Positions 25,047 to 37,699 of a DNA stretch of 64,000 nucleotides are shown here, in pieces (the stretch's first letter is position 1; every line of letters begins with the position of its first letter). The stretch is taken from the NCBI GenBank assembly GCA_030390025.1, contig CM059430.1:74586001-74650000 (forward strand), written 5' to 3'. This stretch comes from Squalus acanthias. Taxonomy: Eukaryota. The notes under the pieces are model-generated. The model did no database searches and was not told the origin of the DNA. It saw only the letters and a list, made by a program, of their open reading frames with translations. Made by a program: the position numbers and the translations under genes.

Positions 25047-26030
25047 GGCCCGGATTTTGCTGTGAGGAAGAATGGCTCAGATTTTAGCGGACTTGTCAGT
25101 AGAGATTTTTATCTTCTGTCATCTGTTTGAATTTGGTGCCCTCTACAGGGGCCATGTGGTGTCTGTGAGCGTGTCAAGCAGCAGTGAAGCTGTTCAACCA
25201 ATCAAGTTGAAGAATGCTCTCTTATGGTAAAGCAGGATGCAAAAAAGAAGAAATATAAATTAAATGTAAGTCACTGTACAGGAAGTGAAATAAATATTTG
25301 GTCATACACATGGGATTAAAGAAAGGACATAAAAGAGCAAAACACAAAAATTAATTGAAAATGTACTACTTTTATTTATTTAAATCTGCAACACTAATTT
25401 TCTACTGTAGGAATGAGACTCCACACTTGTAAAATAATTTTGTCAGGGACAGAGAGGGTTATCAGCAGTAATTATTACTTAGTACGCTGTTAAAATCTAA
25501 ATCTGAAGGGATGTGAGAAGGGCTGTATACAGGTAATTAACTTTCCAGCACTGCCTTTGAGCCAGGAGGAGCAGGGCGCTTCCGCAAGCCCCACAAGCTA
25601 ACTTGCTTCCCTCCCCATGATCAGCCTCCCACCACCAGACGATCTGATCGAACCACAACTACGCTGTCCAACCACCAAAAATCAACAATGTGCTCCTCCA
25701 TCTAACCCCAGACCTACCACGATCTTACCCGGTCTCAGATATCACGCCGACCTTCAAAATCCCACTGCTCCACCTCCACGATCTCCCCCGCCCACTAACT
25801 CTCCTTTCCTACCCTCCGCTCTCTGGCTGCAGCATACCAGTGTAGGCTTTTTACCAGCAACCCGCTCAATATGGCTGGCTGCCCGCAGGGAAACGGATTT
25901 GATTATAAATTTGGTCCTGCCATTAATTTCGGCAGGACATCCGCTTTACCCTCACTTTGGGTATCCCTGCCTCCAGTAGTTCCTTGTGATCTGAAGGTGT
26001 GGTTGCAAGAAAATGCGTGAGAAGTAACGA
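25047..26030. mobile_element. Possible further MITE-like element; right boundary uncertain
   Basis: Starts ggcccggattttgc like the other elements; no confident matching TIR. Confidence 0.3.
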
Positions 26031-26619
26031 CACCGGGGCTCTCATATTCCAAGGATTTTCTCCCGGCACCCTGCCATGACTCCAGACGGACACCAGTGGA
26101 ATCCATCGCGAAACTGGAAAATAGCTTCAAAAGATGGGCGACTGGGAGAATGACTGCATAATTATTTACATCCACTTTCCCGTAGTTTCGTACGAATTAT
26201 GTCCCGTTATGGAGACGATTTGCGATGATGAATTGAGTAAAATAGGATGCTTGAGATACTGCCGCATTCCCAAGGGACAAAAAATAATCATTTGCTGCTG
26301 CATAATCCTCCCGAAAAATCTCAGTTCCCTTTGAACTCGACTGTTGTCAGTTGAGTCGAGGGATTGTAAGCTCTTCCAAACAATATCCACCTACATCTGG
26401 CCCCTAAAATTACCATTACAATTAAGTGCTGATTTTTTAACTTTGAGCCGTTTGGTATAGCGGGGTGTGGCGTAGCGGGTCACCATTATGAACGGTCTCT
26501 CAGCGCATTCTCCACTGCGTGTTTAATTAATTAGTTCACTTGATCCCGGCCAATTAAATGGAGCGAGTATGATGATGTTACGGATGACTCAACTTCAGCT
26601 AACGTATTTAAAAGGGCAC

Positions 26620-26930
26620 ACACAGAATCACCACAATGCAGATGGAGGCCATTTCGGCCCATCGAGCCTGCACCGACACATATCCCCCCTATCCCCGTAA
26701 CCCCACGTATTTAATCCCCCTAACACTAAGGGTCAATTTATCATAACGAAATCAACCTAACCCGCACATCTTTGGACTGTGGGAGGAAACCGGAGCACCC
26801 GGAGGAAACCCACGCAGACACGGGGAGAATGCGCAAACTCCACACAGACAGTCACCCGGCTCCGGATTCGAACCAGGGTCCCTGGCGCTGTGAGGCAACA
26901 GTGCTAACCACTATGCCACCTTGTTGCCCC
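26620..26930 (-). mobile_element. V-SINE (HE1-like) with CR1-derived tail
   Basis: A box TGGCATAGTGG, B box GGTTCGAATCC, V-domain tctccccgtgtctgcgtgggtttcctccgggtgctccggtttcctccc, tail gatgggccgaaatggcctcc. Confidence 0.9.
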
Positions 26931-28306
26931 TGTGGACAGATGAGAGTTGTAGGTTGTTGCAGGTGGTCCAGAGATGCATGTAAGAGGTGCCTGCCGGTGT
27001 TAAACGAATTAGTTTGACTTTGAATATGAGGTTGAAATTATTTAGAGCCGACGATGCAATCTCAGCGCCAGAAGGCAGCGCCGAGGTTTTAAGATTCCTC
27101 CCTCGACATTCTGCTACAAGGAGTGAGAGCAAGAAATGACGTCCTCTTCCCTTGTGACGGCAGGAAGAAGACAGCTACTCAGACCAAGATGTCGTGCCTG
27201 GTGATTGAACAAAAAGTGATTAGCACGGGTGTTATCAGCCGCTCCTGGAATCAATGCAGGAATAGATGTAATGACCTCACGAGGTCCGGAAAGGTGAGTA
27301 CAATGCCCCATTCAACTACACCCTGATGTGCGTGTCACCCCAAGCCCATCACCATGCCTTCCCAAGCCTACTCCTTATACGTCAGACTTCACACCAACCT
27401 ACCTTGTATGTGCACCTACCCCTCACTTTCTATGCACCTACTCACATCCCCATCTCACTATGCACCACTGACACTCACCCTCAGCATAATGTAATCATAG
27501 CAATTAACGCCAAAAAAGGAGGCCATTTTGCAATGTCATGCCACTCCCTCATATATATGAAGCCCATCCATCCACTACACTAATTCCATCAATTTCACTC
27601 AAAGTTCTCTTCTTTCCCTCCTTGCAGGAGAAGAGAGCACATAACAACAGGGGGAGACAGGGAACAGGAGGTGGCCCTCCAATTTACACTACCTTGACGG
27701 CAGCAGACGAGTAGGGTCTGGAATTATGTGGAGTGGCATTGCCGCTGGCGGTGGGAAATTCACAGATGGGGATTTCCCAGCAACCTGGTGACAGAATTAA
27801 ATACCATGCAGCCACATGTCTTACAGCAGTCACTCATTGTGACTGATGTCAGCAGCCACTGAAATATCATTATGTTCATGATTGTAAATTAAAACATTCT
27901 TATCATGAGAGTTCTAATTCATGTCTTTCCTCTCGCACGTGTACATTAAATGCCCCCTACACTATCTAGCCGGAGGAGGAAGCTGACTCCTCAGAGGAAG
28001 CTGCAGTCTCTGAGGGTGCACCGTCAGACGTCCAATGTGCACCCAGCACGAGAACCGATACACGCACATCGGTGGGTCCTGCGAGACAGTAGCCCAGAAA
28101 TTAAACAGTGAGTGTTCACGCGGGGTTAAGGCTTCCCCGCGATATCTCACTCCGCGCCTACCTTTTTCCTTCGGGAACACACGAACTTTAGTTTCAAGGC
28201 CAGTCCCACATGCAGCTGTGCAGTGCTTGCGTGACCCAGAGACGCAATTAGTTTGTGCGCGCTCTGGGATCACGTGATTCAGTTAGGGCCAATGGCAGCA
28301 CACCAT

Positions 28307-29744
28307 AGAACAGTACAGCACAGTACAGGCCCTTCGGCCCTCGATGTTGTGCCGAACATTGTCCGAGACCAAGATCAAGCTATCACACTCCCTATCACTC
28401 TGGTGTGCTCCATGTGCTTATCCAATAACCGCTTGAAAGTTCCTAAAGTGTCCGACTCCACTATCACAGCAGGCAGTCCATTCCACACCCCAACCACTCT
28501 CTGAGTAAAGAATCTACCTCGGACATCCCTTCTATATCTCCCCCCATGCACCTTATAGTTATGCCCCCTTGTAACAGCTGCCTCTACCCGAGGAAATAGT
28601 CTCTGAACATCCACTCTATCTATCCCCCTCATCATCTTATAAACCTCTATTAAGTCGCCTCTCATCCTCCTCCGCTCTAAAGAGAAAAGCCCCAACTCCC
28701 TCAATCTTTCCTCATAAGACCTCCCCCCCAAACCAGGCAGCATCCTGGTAAATCTCCTTTGCACTTTTTCCAATGCTTCCACGTGCTTCCTATAGTGAGG
28801 TGACCAGAACTGCACAAAATATTCCAAATGTGGCCTCACCAAGGTCCTGTACAGTTGCAGCATAACCTCACGGTTCTTAAACTCAAACCCTCTGTTAATA
28901 AACGCCAACACACCATAGGCCTTCTTTACTGCTCTATCCACTTGAGTGGCAACCTTCAGAGATCTGTGGATATGAACCCCCAGATCCCTCTGCTCCTCCA
29001 CGTTCCTCAGAACCCTGCCATTGACCCGTAATCCTTATTCAAATTTGCCCTACCAAAATGAATCACCTCGCACTTATCAGGGTTAAATTCCATCTGCCAT
29101 TTTTCGGCCCAGCTCTGCATCCTATCAATGTCTCTTTGCAGCCTACAACAGCCCTCCACCTCATCCACTACTCCACCAATCTTGGTGTCATCAGCAAATT
29201 TACTGATCCACCCTTCAGTCCCCTCCTCCAAGTCATTGATAAAATTCACAAACAGCAGAGGACCCAGCACCGACCCCTGTGGCACACCGCTGGTAACTGG
29301 TCTCCAGTTCGAAAATGTTCCATCCACCACCACCCTCTGCCTTCTATGAGATAGCCAGTTACTTATCCAATCGGCCAAATTTCCCTCTATCCCACAACTC
29401 CTTACTTTCTTCATGAGCCGACCATGGGGAACCTTATCAAACGCCTTACTAAAATCCATGTATACGACATCAACTGCTCTACCTTCATCTACACACTTAG
29501 TTACCTCCTCAAAGAATTCAATCAAATTTGTTAGGCAAGACTTACCCTTCACGAATCCGTGTTGACTATCCCTGATTAAGTTGCCCCTTTCCAAATGGTC
29601 ATAAATCCTATCCCTCAGGACCTTTTCCATTATCTTACCAACCACCGAAGTAAGACTAACCGGCCTATAATTACCAGGGTCATTCCTATTTCCTTTCTTG
29701 AAGAGAGGAACAACATTCGCCACTCTCCAGTCCTCTGGCACCAT
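28307..29744 (-). mobile_element. Young 5'-truncated CR1 LINE
   Basis: ORFs 29007-29744 and 28375-29001 give a near-intact RT with one frameshift; caccat at both junctions. Confidence 0.95.
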
Positions 29745-29852
29745 CTTTCATTCATAGTTTCAACAGCAAGGGCTGTCAAAGCTAAGAATCCTACATACCC
29801 CCAAAAGAACAGCTAAACCTCAATTAAAAAAAAACATCACATTAATAAAATA

Positions 29853-31107
29853 TAAGAAGTCGCACAACACCAGATTATAGTCCAACAGTTTTATTTGAAA
29901 TCACAAGCTTTCGGAGCCAGGAAGGTACCACATCAAAGACATAGCAAGATACAACTGAGACAATGAAGTGGAGTCACAGGGGGTCCAATGTGTCAAAAGG
30001 CAAACACGGGACACAACCAACAGGGTACCCTACATCGTCCAGTACTTCCCCGGAGCGGAGAAACTACGCCATGTTCTTTGCAGCCTCCAACATGTCATCG
30101 ATGACGACGAACACCTCGCTAAGGCCATCCCCACGCCTCCACTACTTGCCTTCAAACAGCCGCCTAACCACAGAAGTACCATCGTTCGCAGCAAATTACC
30201 CAGCTTTCAGGATAACAGCGACCACGACACCACACAACCCTGCCACGGCAACCTCTGCAAGACATGCCAGATCATCAACACAGATACCATCATCAAACGT
30301 GAGGACACTACCCACCAGGTACATGGTACATACTCATGTGACTCGGCCAACGTTGTCCACCTCATACGTTGCAGGAAAGAATGCACCGCGGCATGGTACA
30401 TCGGCGAGACCATGCAGACACTGAGACAACGTATGAATGGACACCATGCAACAATCACCAGGCTGGAGTGTTCCCTCCCAGTCGGGGAACACTTCAGCAA
30501 TCAAGGACATTCAGCCTCTGATCTGCGGGTAAGCGTTCTCCAATGCGGCCTTAGAAACACACGACAACGCAAAATCATCGAGCAGAAACTGATAGCTAAG
30601 TTCAGCACTCATGAGGACGGCCTCAACCGGGATCTTGGGTTCATGTCACGATACATGACGTGATCCAGACTCGAGTCGTCGTTGGCTTGTTCACAGATGT
30701 GATTCCCAGTAAAAAAGTCAAAATTTTAAAGTTTATCGTTTCCCATACCGACTGCGGCTTTTGACACATTGGACCCCCTGTGACTCCACCTCATTGTCTC
30801 AGTTGTATCTTGCTATGTCTTTGATGTGGTACCATCCTGGCTGACCTGATTGCCTTTTGTCACACCTCGGCAGATAAACAGTCAGGAGTATTAAATGTAT
30901 TCTTCTGCAATTGTAAGTTACACATGCATTGTTCTCTATCTATATATGCTTTGGCGATTCTGTATTTCTTTACTTCATCTGAGGAAGGGGCCACGTAAGC
31001 TCCAAAAGCTTGTGATTTCAAATAAAACTGTTGGACTATAACCTGGTGTTGTACGACTTCTCATTTTTGTCCACCCCAGTCCAACACCGGCATCTCCGCA
31101 TCATGAC
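29853..31107 (+). mobile_element. Penelope-like element: 5'-truncated, GIY-YIG endonuclease, inverted pseudo-LTR
   Basis: ORF 29968-30663 with CxxxxCKTC, NVVHLIRC...WYIGET..LRQRMNGH, PVGEHF, GLN; 13-bp TSD cattaataaaata (29840-29852, 31108-31120). Confidence 0.92.
30974..31015 (+). ncRNA. Minimal type I hammerhead ribozyme motif (degenerate, G12>A)
   Basis: tcat-CTGAGGA-a-ggggc cacgtaa gctcc-AAAA-gctt-gtga within the Penelope pLTR; the inverted partial copy at ~29900-29917 keeps GAAA. Confidence 0.72.
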
Positions 31108-33149
31108 CATTAATAAAATAAGTATAGTTAAATAAATTAACCACTTTAAACAAAAAATTTAATTTTTGAAAAAATTAAAAATCTTTTTTAAAAGTTATAA
31201 AAATAATCTTACCTTTCTTTAAAGTCTCTAAAAAAGATAAACCAGTTGAAAAAAATTTAAAATAATACTTAATTAACTACTTACCTTGTTAAAATAGGGT
31301 CTTACGCCTACTTTCTTTATGTGTAAAATCTAACATGCTTACCTGCGCGTTCAAAGCACTAAGTTCACTGCGTGTGCGCAGCCTGTAGCGCGCACGCGGT
31401 TCAATTATGAACCGCCCCCTTTTGAATTCACGAAGTGCCGGTTTCCAGCGCATGCGCAGTGCATGCAGGAAACCGGCAATTGGAGACCTAAAACGCGAGA
31501 GTATACAGTGCGTACTCTCGCGTATTAGGACTAATTTTCGGGCCATAATGTCGTGGTGTCACCTGACGTGTCACAAGTCACAAGTGAGTAAGAGCAGATG
31601 CTGGAGACAGGGACAGCAGTAGAGAGTCGTCGCCGGAGAGCGCAGTTCACTCCAAGCTCTACTCAGCTGGCTGCAGATGCTGAACCTCGGGTGCCATCGA
31701 CAAAGAGGCTGATCTTGAAGGAGCAGCAAAAGCTGAATGAGGTTCTGGACGCTTTTCCAGCCGCGATGTAAGCGATTGTAGAGGGAATGTAGGAATCCCT
31801 CTCCAACATGAGCAGTACCATGTCGCAGGTGATGGCGACCATTTGCTGTTTCATGGAAAGGATGACCACTTGCATGGAGCAGCCAATGCACCAGTCAAAC
31901 GAGAACATGCTTGCTGTGAACAACAGCTTGCAGGCTCTTATTGAACTCATCTCTAGAAGGAATGCCAACGTAGACTTGGATGTGCCTCGCTCCATTGATG
32001 TGCAGTAAGCTGCTCTCCAGCACCTTGCTAGCAGGGAAGTGCGGGTGTCACCTGAGAGGGATGATGGTGAGAGGAAACATGGAAGTGGGGACTCTGCTCA
32101 AAGCACTCCCACTTCTACGTCATTGCCTGCCCCTCAGTCAGAGCACCACATGCTGCCTCCGATCCCGATGGCCGAATTTGCCCCTGCAAAGATGCAGGAG
32201 GAGCACTCTTTGGCGGGGCCCTCACAGGGTCCACAATCCAGAGGACGTGTGATAGACGTGCCTAAGTAATCAGAGCAGGGTAGTGTGCAGCCTGCCTCTA
32301 CGTCTGCTGAAGCCACAGAGGATGCACCTTGTAGAAGCACTCGGAAAACGAAAATGACACAATCGTAAATTTAGATGATTCTGCACGTGGGTGTTTGCCA
32401 AAATGTTCATTTTAAATTTCAGTTCTATTTATGATGCATATAAATTTATTTATTTTTACCACTTTCTCTTCGTGTCCATTTTTGCTTGCTAACTGGGAAG
32501 TGGTCGTTTCAGTCGTAGTGAATGGTGAGACATTACTTAACCTCGAGCAGTGGGTGTGTATTTGACAAGAATGGATTGGTCAATTTAGGACTGTTTTTTG
32601 TTGTTGGTGGGACGGGAGAGTTGTTAAAGTATCTGGGATCCAGATGGGTGCAATGGTGCAACTTAACTCAATCATGCCATTATGAGGTCATCCCTGGTCG
32701 CCAGGGCAGCAATGTGCACCCCTCCTGGTGCCACAGGTACCTCCTTCTCCTCCTCGACATCATCATCCCCTTGTTCAACCTGCCCTTGCTCCTCCTCTGA
32801 AGAGGCTGTGCGCTCTGTGCCTTGCTCCTCATGGAGCTCCAATCCTCTTTACTGCAACATGTGATGAAGCGCACAGCATTCGTCGATAATTCTGGAGACC
32901 CTGGCTATTGCGTACTGAAGAGCTTCTCCATATCTGTCAAGGCATCTGAAACGCATATTCAGCATTCCGATTGCTTGCTCTCTGACACATCTGGTCGTCA
33001 TGTGGCTATCATTATAGCGCTCTTCAGCATCATTGCTTGGCCTCCTGAAGGCTGTCGTCAGCCACGTCTTCAGTGCAGAGCCTGTGTCTCCAAGCAACCT
33101 GCTGGTAAGGCTGTTTGGAGGTAGGAAGAGCTGAGGGACGGTGGACTGG

Positions 33150-33397
33150 TGCATTTCTTCACCCAGAAAGTGGTGAACCTCTGGAATTCTCTACAACAGA
33201 AGGCAGTTGAGGCCAGTTCATTAAATATATTCACGAAGAAGTTAGATATATTTCTTAAGGCTAAAGGGATTAAGGGATCAAGCGATATGGGGAGAAAGCA
33301 TGGACAGGGTACTGAATTTGGATGATCAGCCATGATCTCATTAAATGGCGGAACAGACTCGAGGGGCCGAATGGCCTACTCCTTCTCCTATCTTCTA
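33150..33397 (+). mobile_element. Short CR1 3' end inserted in the transposase
   Basis: ttcttcacccagaaagtggtgaacc ... ggccgaatggcctactcc tail. Confidence 0.85.
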
Positions 33398-34229
33398 CGT
33401 TTCTAGTAGGAAAGAGTCATGACATCTCTCTGGGAATCTGGCATATACATGCATGATGATCTTTTTGTGTGTTGAGACGAGCTGCACATTGAGGGAATGG
33501 AAGCCCTTCCGGTTTACGAATAATCCTGGGTGACCTGAGGGTGCCTTGATGGCCACATGTGTCCAGTCGATGTACCTCTCCAACTGTGGGAAGCCACCCA
33601 CAGCCGCAAAGCCGAGCGCCCAATCAGCCAAACTGGTTTCATCAGTGACAAAGTATACAAAAGTGGTTGACTTGACAAACATGGCATTGGTCACCTGGGT
33701 GATGCGTTTAAGAACATAAGAAATAGGAGCATATGTCGTCCAGTCGATCCTTCGAGCCTGCTCCGCCATTCAATAAGATCATGGCTGATTTTCCTCAACT
33801 CCACATTCCTGCAATATCCCCATATCCCTTGATTTCCTTAATATCCAAAAATCTATCGATCTGTGCCTTCAATATACACAAAGACTGAGGAACCACAATC
33901 CTCTGAGGTAGAGAATTCCAAAGATTCACTACCCTCTGAGTGAAGAAATTCTCCTCATCTCAGTCCTAAGTGGCCAGCCACTTATTCTGAGATTGTGACC
34001 CCGTGTTCAATACTACACAGCCGAGAGAAACGTCCTCTCTGCCTTCACCATTTCAAGCCCTGTATTAATTTTGCATGTTTCATTGAGATTAACTCTCATT
34101 CGTCTAAATGCGAGAGAATATAGGCCTAGTCTGCTCAATCTCGCCTCATAGGACAATCCCCCCATACCACGAATCAGTCTGGTGAACCTTCGTCACATTC
34201 CATCTATGGGATGTTTCACCTTCCTTTGG

Positions 34230-34365
34230 CATGATGTGGAGATGCCGGTGTTGGACTGGGGTGGACAAATGTGAGAAGTCGCACAACAGCAGGTTATAGT
34301 CCAACAGGTTTATTTGAAATCACATGCTTTCTGAGCGCTGCTCCTTCGTCAGGTGAAGTGAAGAG
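34230..34365 (-). mobile_element. Solo Penelope pLTR 3' fragment with hammerhead motif
   Basis: Reverse-complement match to 30970-31105; tcac-CTGACGA-a-ggagc agc gctca-GAAA-gcat-gtga. Confidence 0.82.
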
Positions 34366-34693
34366 GCACAGCATATATCGTCAGAGAACACAGCCAGATG
34401 AATACTTAGGTAAGTAGACCAAAACATTACAGTATACTCCAGGTGCGGTCTCACCAAGGCTGTATATAATTGCAGTAAGATATCTTTGCAGCTTATACTC
34501 AAATCCTTTTGTAATAAAGGCCAACAATACATTGCCTTTCCTAATTGCTTGCTGTATCTGCATATTAACTTTCAGCGATTTGTCGCTCTGGTCACTCTGA
34601 ACACCAACATTTCCCAATCTCTCACCATTTAAAAAATAATCTGCTTATCTATTTTTTCCTATCAAAGTGGTTGGCTTCACATTTCTCCACATT

Positions 34694-35437
34694 GGCCTGG
34701 ATATTCCGATCACTACGGGTGGGTTCGCGCTCTGTACCCACCCGTAGGGACATCGGAAATGCAGGTTTCAGGCATGCACAGCGCAAGCGCTGAAAACCGG
34801 CATTTCCGATCAGTCAAGAATGCTCTTGACCGATCCTCCAGCTGCGCTGGGGAAGGGCCTCTCCGGGAAAATAGTTCCATTTGTTGGAGACCCTCGGCCC
34901 GCTGAAAACCCTTACAATTCTTACATCTGGTAAAAGCAGGCGTAAGGTCTGCTTTTACCAGGATAAGAGTTGGAAAAAGTAAAAATATTTATTTTTCTCA
35001 CTGATTTATCATTTAAAAATACTTTTAAAATGGTAAGTTTATTTTTAGCCCCGTAAAAAATCTTAAATTATTTTTTTCAAAAATTTAAATGTTATTTGAA
35101 ATAATTCAGTTCATTTTAAAGATGTGATGTTTGTTTAAAGTTATTTAAAATGTTACAAGGTTTTTGGGGTAATCTCCATTCATATATTTGACAGGTCTTC
35201 CTGTCAAGTGTATGAAGGGAGATTCCCTTATTTGATTGGCTCCCCATGGCCCACGTGATACCAGGGACGCTGCGAACTGCCTGTGCCTCTGGGATACGTG
35301 GGCCCAGCGCACTTGGAGTTTGGGAAGGCCCAGGATCGGAAGTGTGTGCGTCCTGGGAGCCCTCAGGTAAGGGCGTAGATTTTTCCAGATTGATGGCCTC
35401 CCCATGCGGGAGGCCTTTCGATCGGAATATAAGGGCT
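34694..35437. mobile_element. Harbinger-type MITE, second subfamily
   Basis: TIR ggcctggatattccgat / atcggaatataagggct; interrupts CR1 cleanly; similar to 57222-57720. Confidence 0.85.
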
Positions 35438-36664
35438 AATATATTCATGTTTGCCATGTTCATGCCCATCACTTACCCTGTCTATGTCTTCTTTCAGCCT
35501 CTTAGCATCCTCCTCACAACCTACATTCCCAAAAAGCTTTGTATCATGAGCAAACTTGGATATATTACATTTGCTCCCCTCATCCAAATCATTGATGTAG
35601 TTTCTGAATAGTTGAGGCCCAAGCACTGATCCGCGAGGTACCCCACTATTTACATCCTGCCAACCCGAAAATGACCCGTTTATTCCTACTCTCTGTTTTA
35701 TTTCGTTAACCCATCCTTAATCCATGTTAATATATAACCTCCAATCCCATGCGTCCGAATTATGTTTAATAATCTTATCGAATGCCTTCTGTAAATGCAA
35801 ATAAACAGCATCCACTGAATCCCCCTCATCAATCCTAGTAGTTACAACATCAAAAACCTCGAACAGATTTGTCAAACACGAATTCCCTTTCGTAAATCCG
35901 CGTTGACTCTGCCCAATGCTATTAATACTTTCTAAGTGCCCTGTTACCACGTCCTTAATAATAGATTCTAGCACTGTCTTTGTGGGTGGCCGACTTTGAA
36001 ATCCTGCAAATGTCTGCTGCAGAAGCCTGGAAGGAACCTGAGGCAAAGCGGTTTAGAGCGGTGGTGACTTTAACAGCCAATTGTGAGGCATATCCACCAG
36101 GTCCTATTGGAAGCAATTCTTCTACCAGAACAGTACAAATGTCTGCCATGATTACAGATTTCAAGCTTCCGCAGTATTTTGCATTTGTATAAATGTCTGC
36201 CGTGACCTGGCGTGATACCCTTAGCCTCCTGAAATACTGCTGTTCAGTCAAGTCCAGGAAGATCATCCTCTGCCTGCATACCCTGAGTTGGCGGTATCGC
36301 CTCCAGCGAGTTGCAACCTGCTACTTATCCGCCCTCTCCTGTGGAGCACCAAGTCACTGAGGAGAAGGTTGCTGTTGTTGTTGTTGTTGCTGCTGCTGCT
36401 TGTGTTGCTGGTTTGTCGGTGCTGGGGCTCATCTTGACCTGATACTGAGTTCCAAGGTAAAACAGCATAAGCGGCAGTCATGCTGATCTGATAGATGCCA
36501 GCTAAAGTGGAGATCAGAGGCTCACTCCTCCAATGCACTGAAATTGAGTCGCAGTGTATTGACAGTGGCTTCCGAGGTTGTAGAAATCTCCTGCAAATTC
36601 ATGAAAGCACAATCTCTGCTCAATATGGTTTCAGCAAGAGCCTTTCGCTTAGGCAAGGAATCAT

Positions 36665-37429
36665 GGGACAGAAATTTGGCTTTGCGGCTTCCTGCGGGTG
36701 AAAGCATCGCGCGCGTACTTGCCTACCGCGCCTGCAGTTGTGCGCTGGGCCCAAGAGGACTTCGGGTCCTGGGCCTCCTCCAACTACCGGCGGGCCGTGT
36801 TTGCGTATCCCAGGGGCGCAGGTAGTTCGAAGCTTCCCCTGGGATCACGTGGGCCATGGAGAGCCAATCCTATGAGGGCATTTTCATTCATAGATTTGAC
36901 AGGAAGACCTGTCAAATCTATGAATAGAGATCGGCCCCTAAAACCACATTTAAACCTCAAATAAATTGAAAAAAGCATCACATTTATAAAATAACTATAA
37001 GTTAAATAAACTAACTACGTTAAACAAAAATTTAAAATTCTGAAAAAATTAATTATACTTTTTAACGGTGCTAAAAATAAACTTACCTTTCTTTAAAGTA
37101 TCGAAAAATGATAAACCTGTTGAAAAAATGTTTAAATTGTAATTAATTAACCACTTACTTTGTTAAAAGCAGGCCTTGCGCCTCCTTTTTAGAAGTGCAG
37201 CTTCTACATACTTATCTTCCCGGAGAAACCTGAAAAAAAAACTGAAGTTCGCTGCCTGTGTGCAGCCTCTCCCGCGCACGCATTGGACTTCTGAACCCCT
37301 CCCTTCAGGGGAATGTGGGCTCCGGTTCCCTGCACATGCGCAGTACATGCATGAAACCGGCACTTCAGATGGCCTTACGGGTGAGTGCACAGCGCATACT
37401 TAACCGATAACAGCCGAATTTCTAGCGCC
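36665..37429. mobile_element. Harbinger-type MITE
   Basis: TIR cores agaaatttggct / agccgaatttct; AT-rich middle shared with 42566-43308. Confidence 0.78.
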
Positions 37430-37699
37430 TATCAGTTGGAAGGATCACGGATATTATGTTCAAAAGTCCATTCCTTGATTGTTTCTGAAGGATGGTAATA
37501 TTTTGGTTGCATATCGATTTCATTATTACTTGAGGAGGTGGGGTCAGACAGGTTTTTGCTCGTAGTTTCACTCAGCTCTGCTCTAATCACTTCTCTTCAT
37601 GAAGGAATGAAATGAACTATGCATGGAGATGGAAAAGGCTATTTTGGAGGCCTCCATATCGGCTTCACAAAACTTACCCCTACCCTATGCCAGGCAGCA

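Larger units (their letters stand above)
28091..31544. mobile_element. Harbinger MITE expanded by nested CR1 and Penelope insertions
   Basis: TIR agcccagaaatta / taattttcgggcc; segments 28091-28306, 29745-29852 and 31108-31544 are collinear with the uninterrupted copy 42566-43308. Confidence 0.88.
27040..32368 (+). pseudogene. Harbinger A Myb/SANT DNA-binding gene (exons ~27040-27293, 27628-27787, ~27960-32368; exon 3 split by a MITE)
   Basis: APRF..SSLDILLQGVRARNDVLFP..GRKK...RSWNQCRNRCNDLTRSGK|gtgagt; ttgcag|EKRAHNNRGRQGTGGGPP; basic C-terminus RSTRKTK; stops and frameshifts. Confidence 0.8.
33710..35975 (-). mobile_element. CR1 LINE fragment inserted in the transposase; hosts a pLTR piece and a MITE
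   Basis: LVRPHLEY, SKFAHDTK, CLTNLFE, QKAFDK on the minus strand; taagaacataagaaatagg tail. Confidence 0.88.
32660..36480 (-). pseudogene. Harbinger A HARBI1-like DDE transposase, fragmented by insertions
   Basis: [99 protein letters not shown]. Confidence 0.9.

Noticed and set aside
25617-25979. Pro-rich 120-aa ORF
   Set aside because: C-rich low-complexity interior of a probable MITE; no domain
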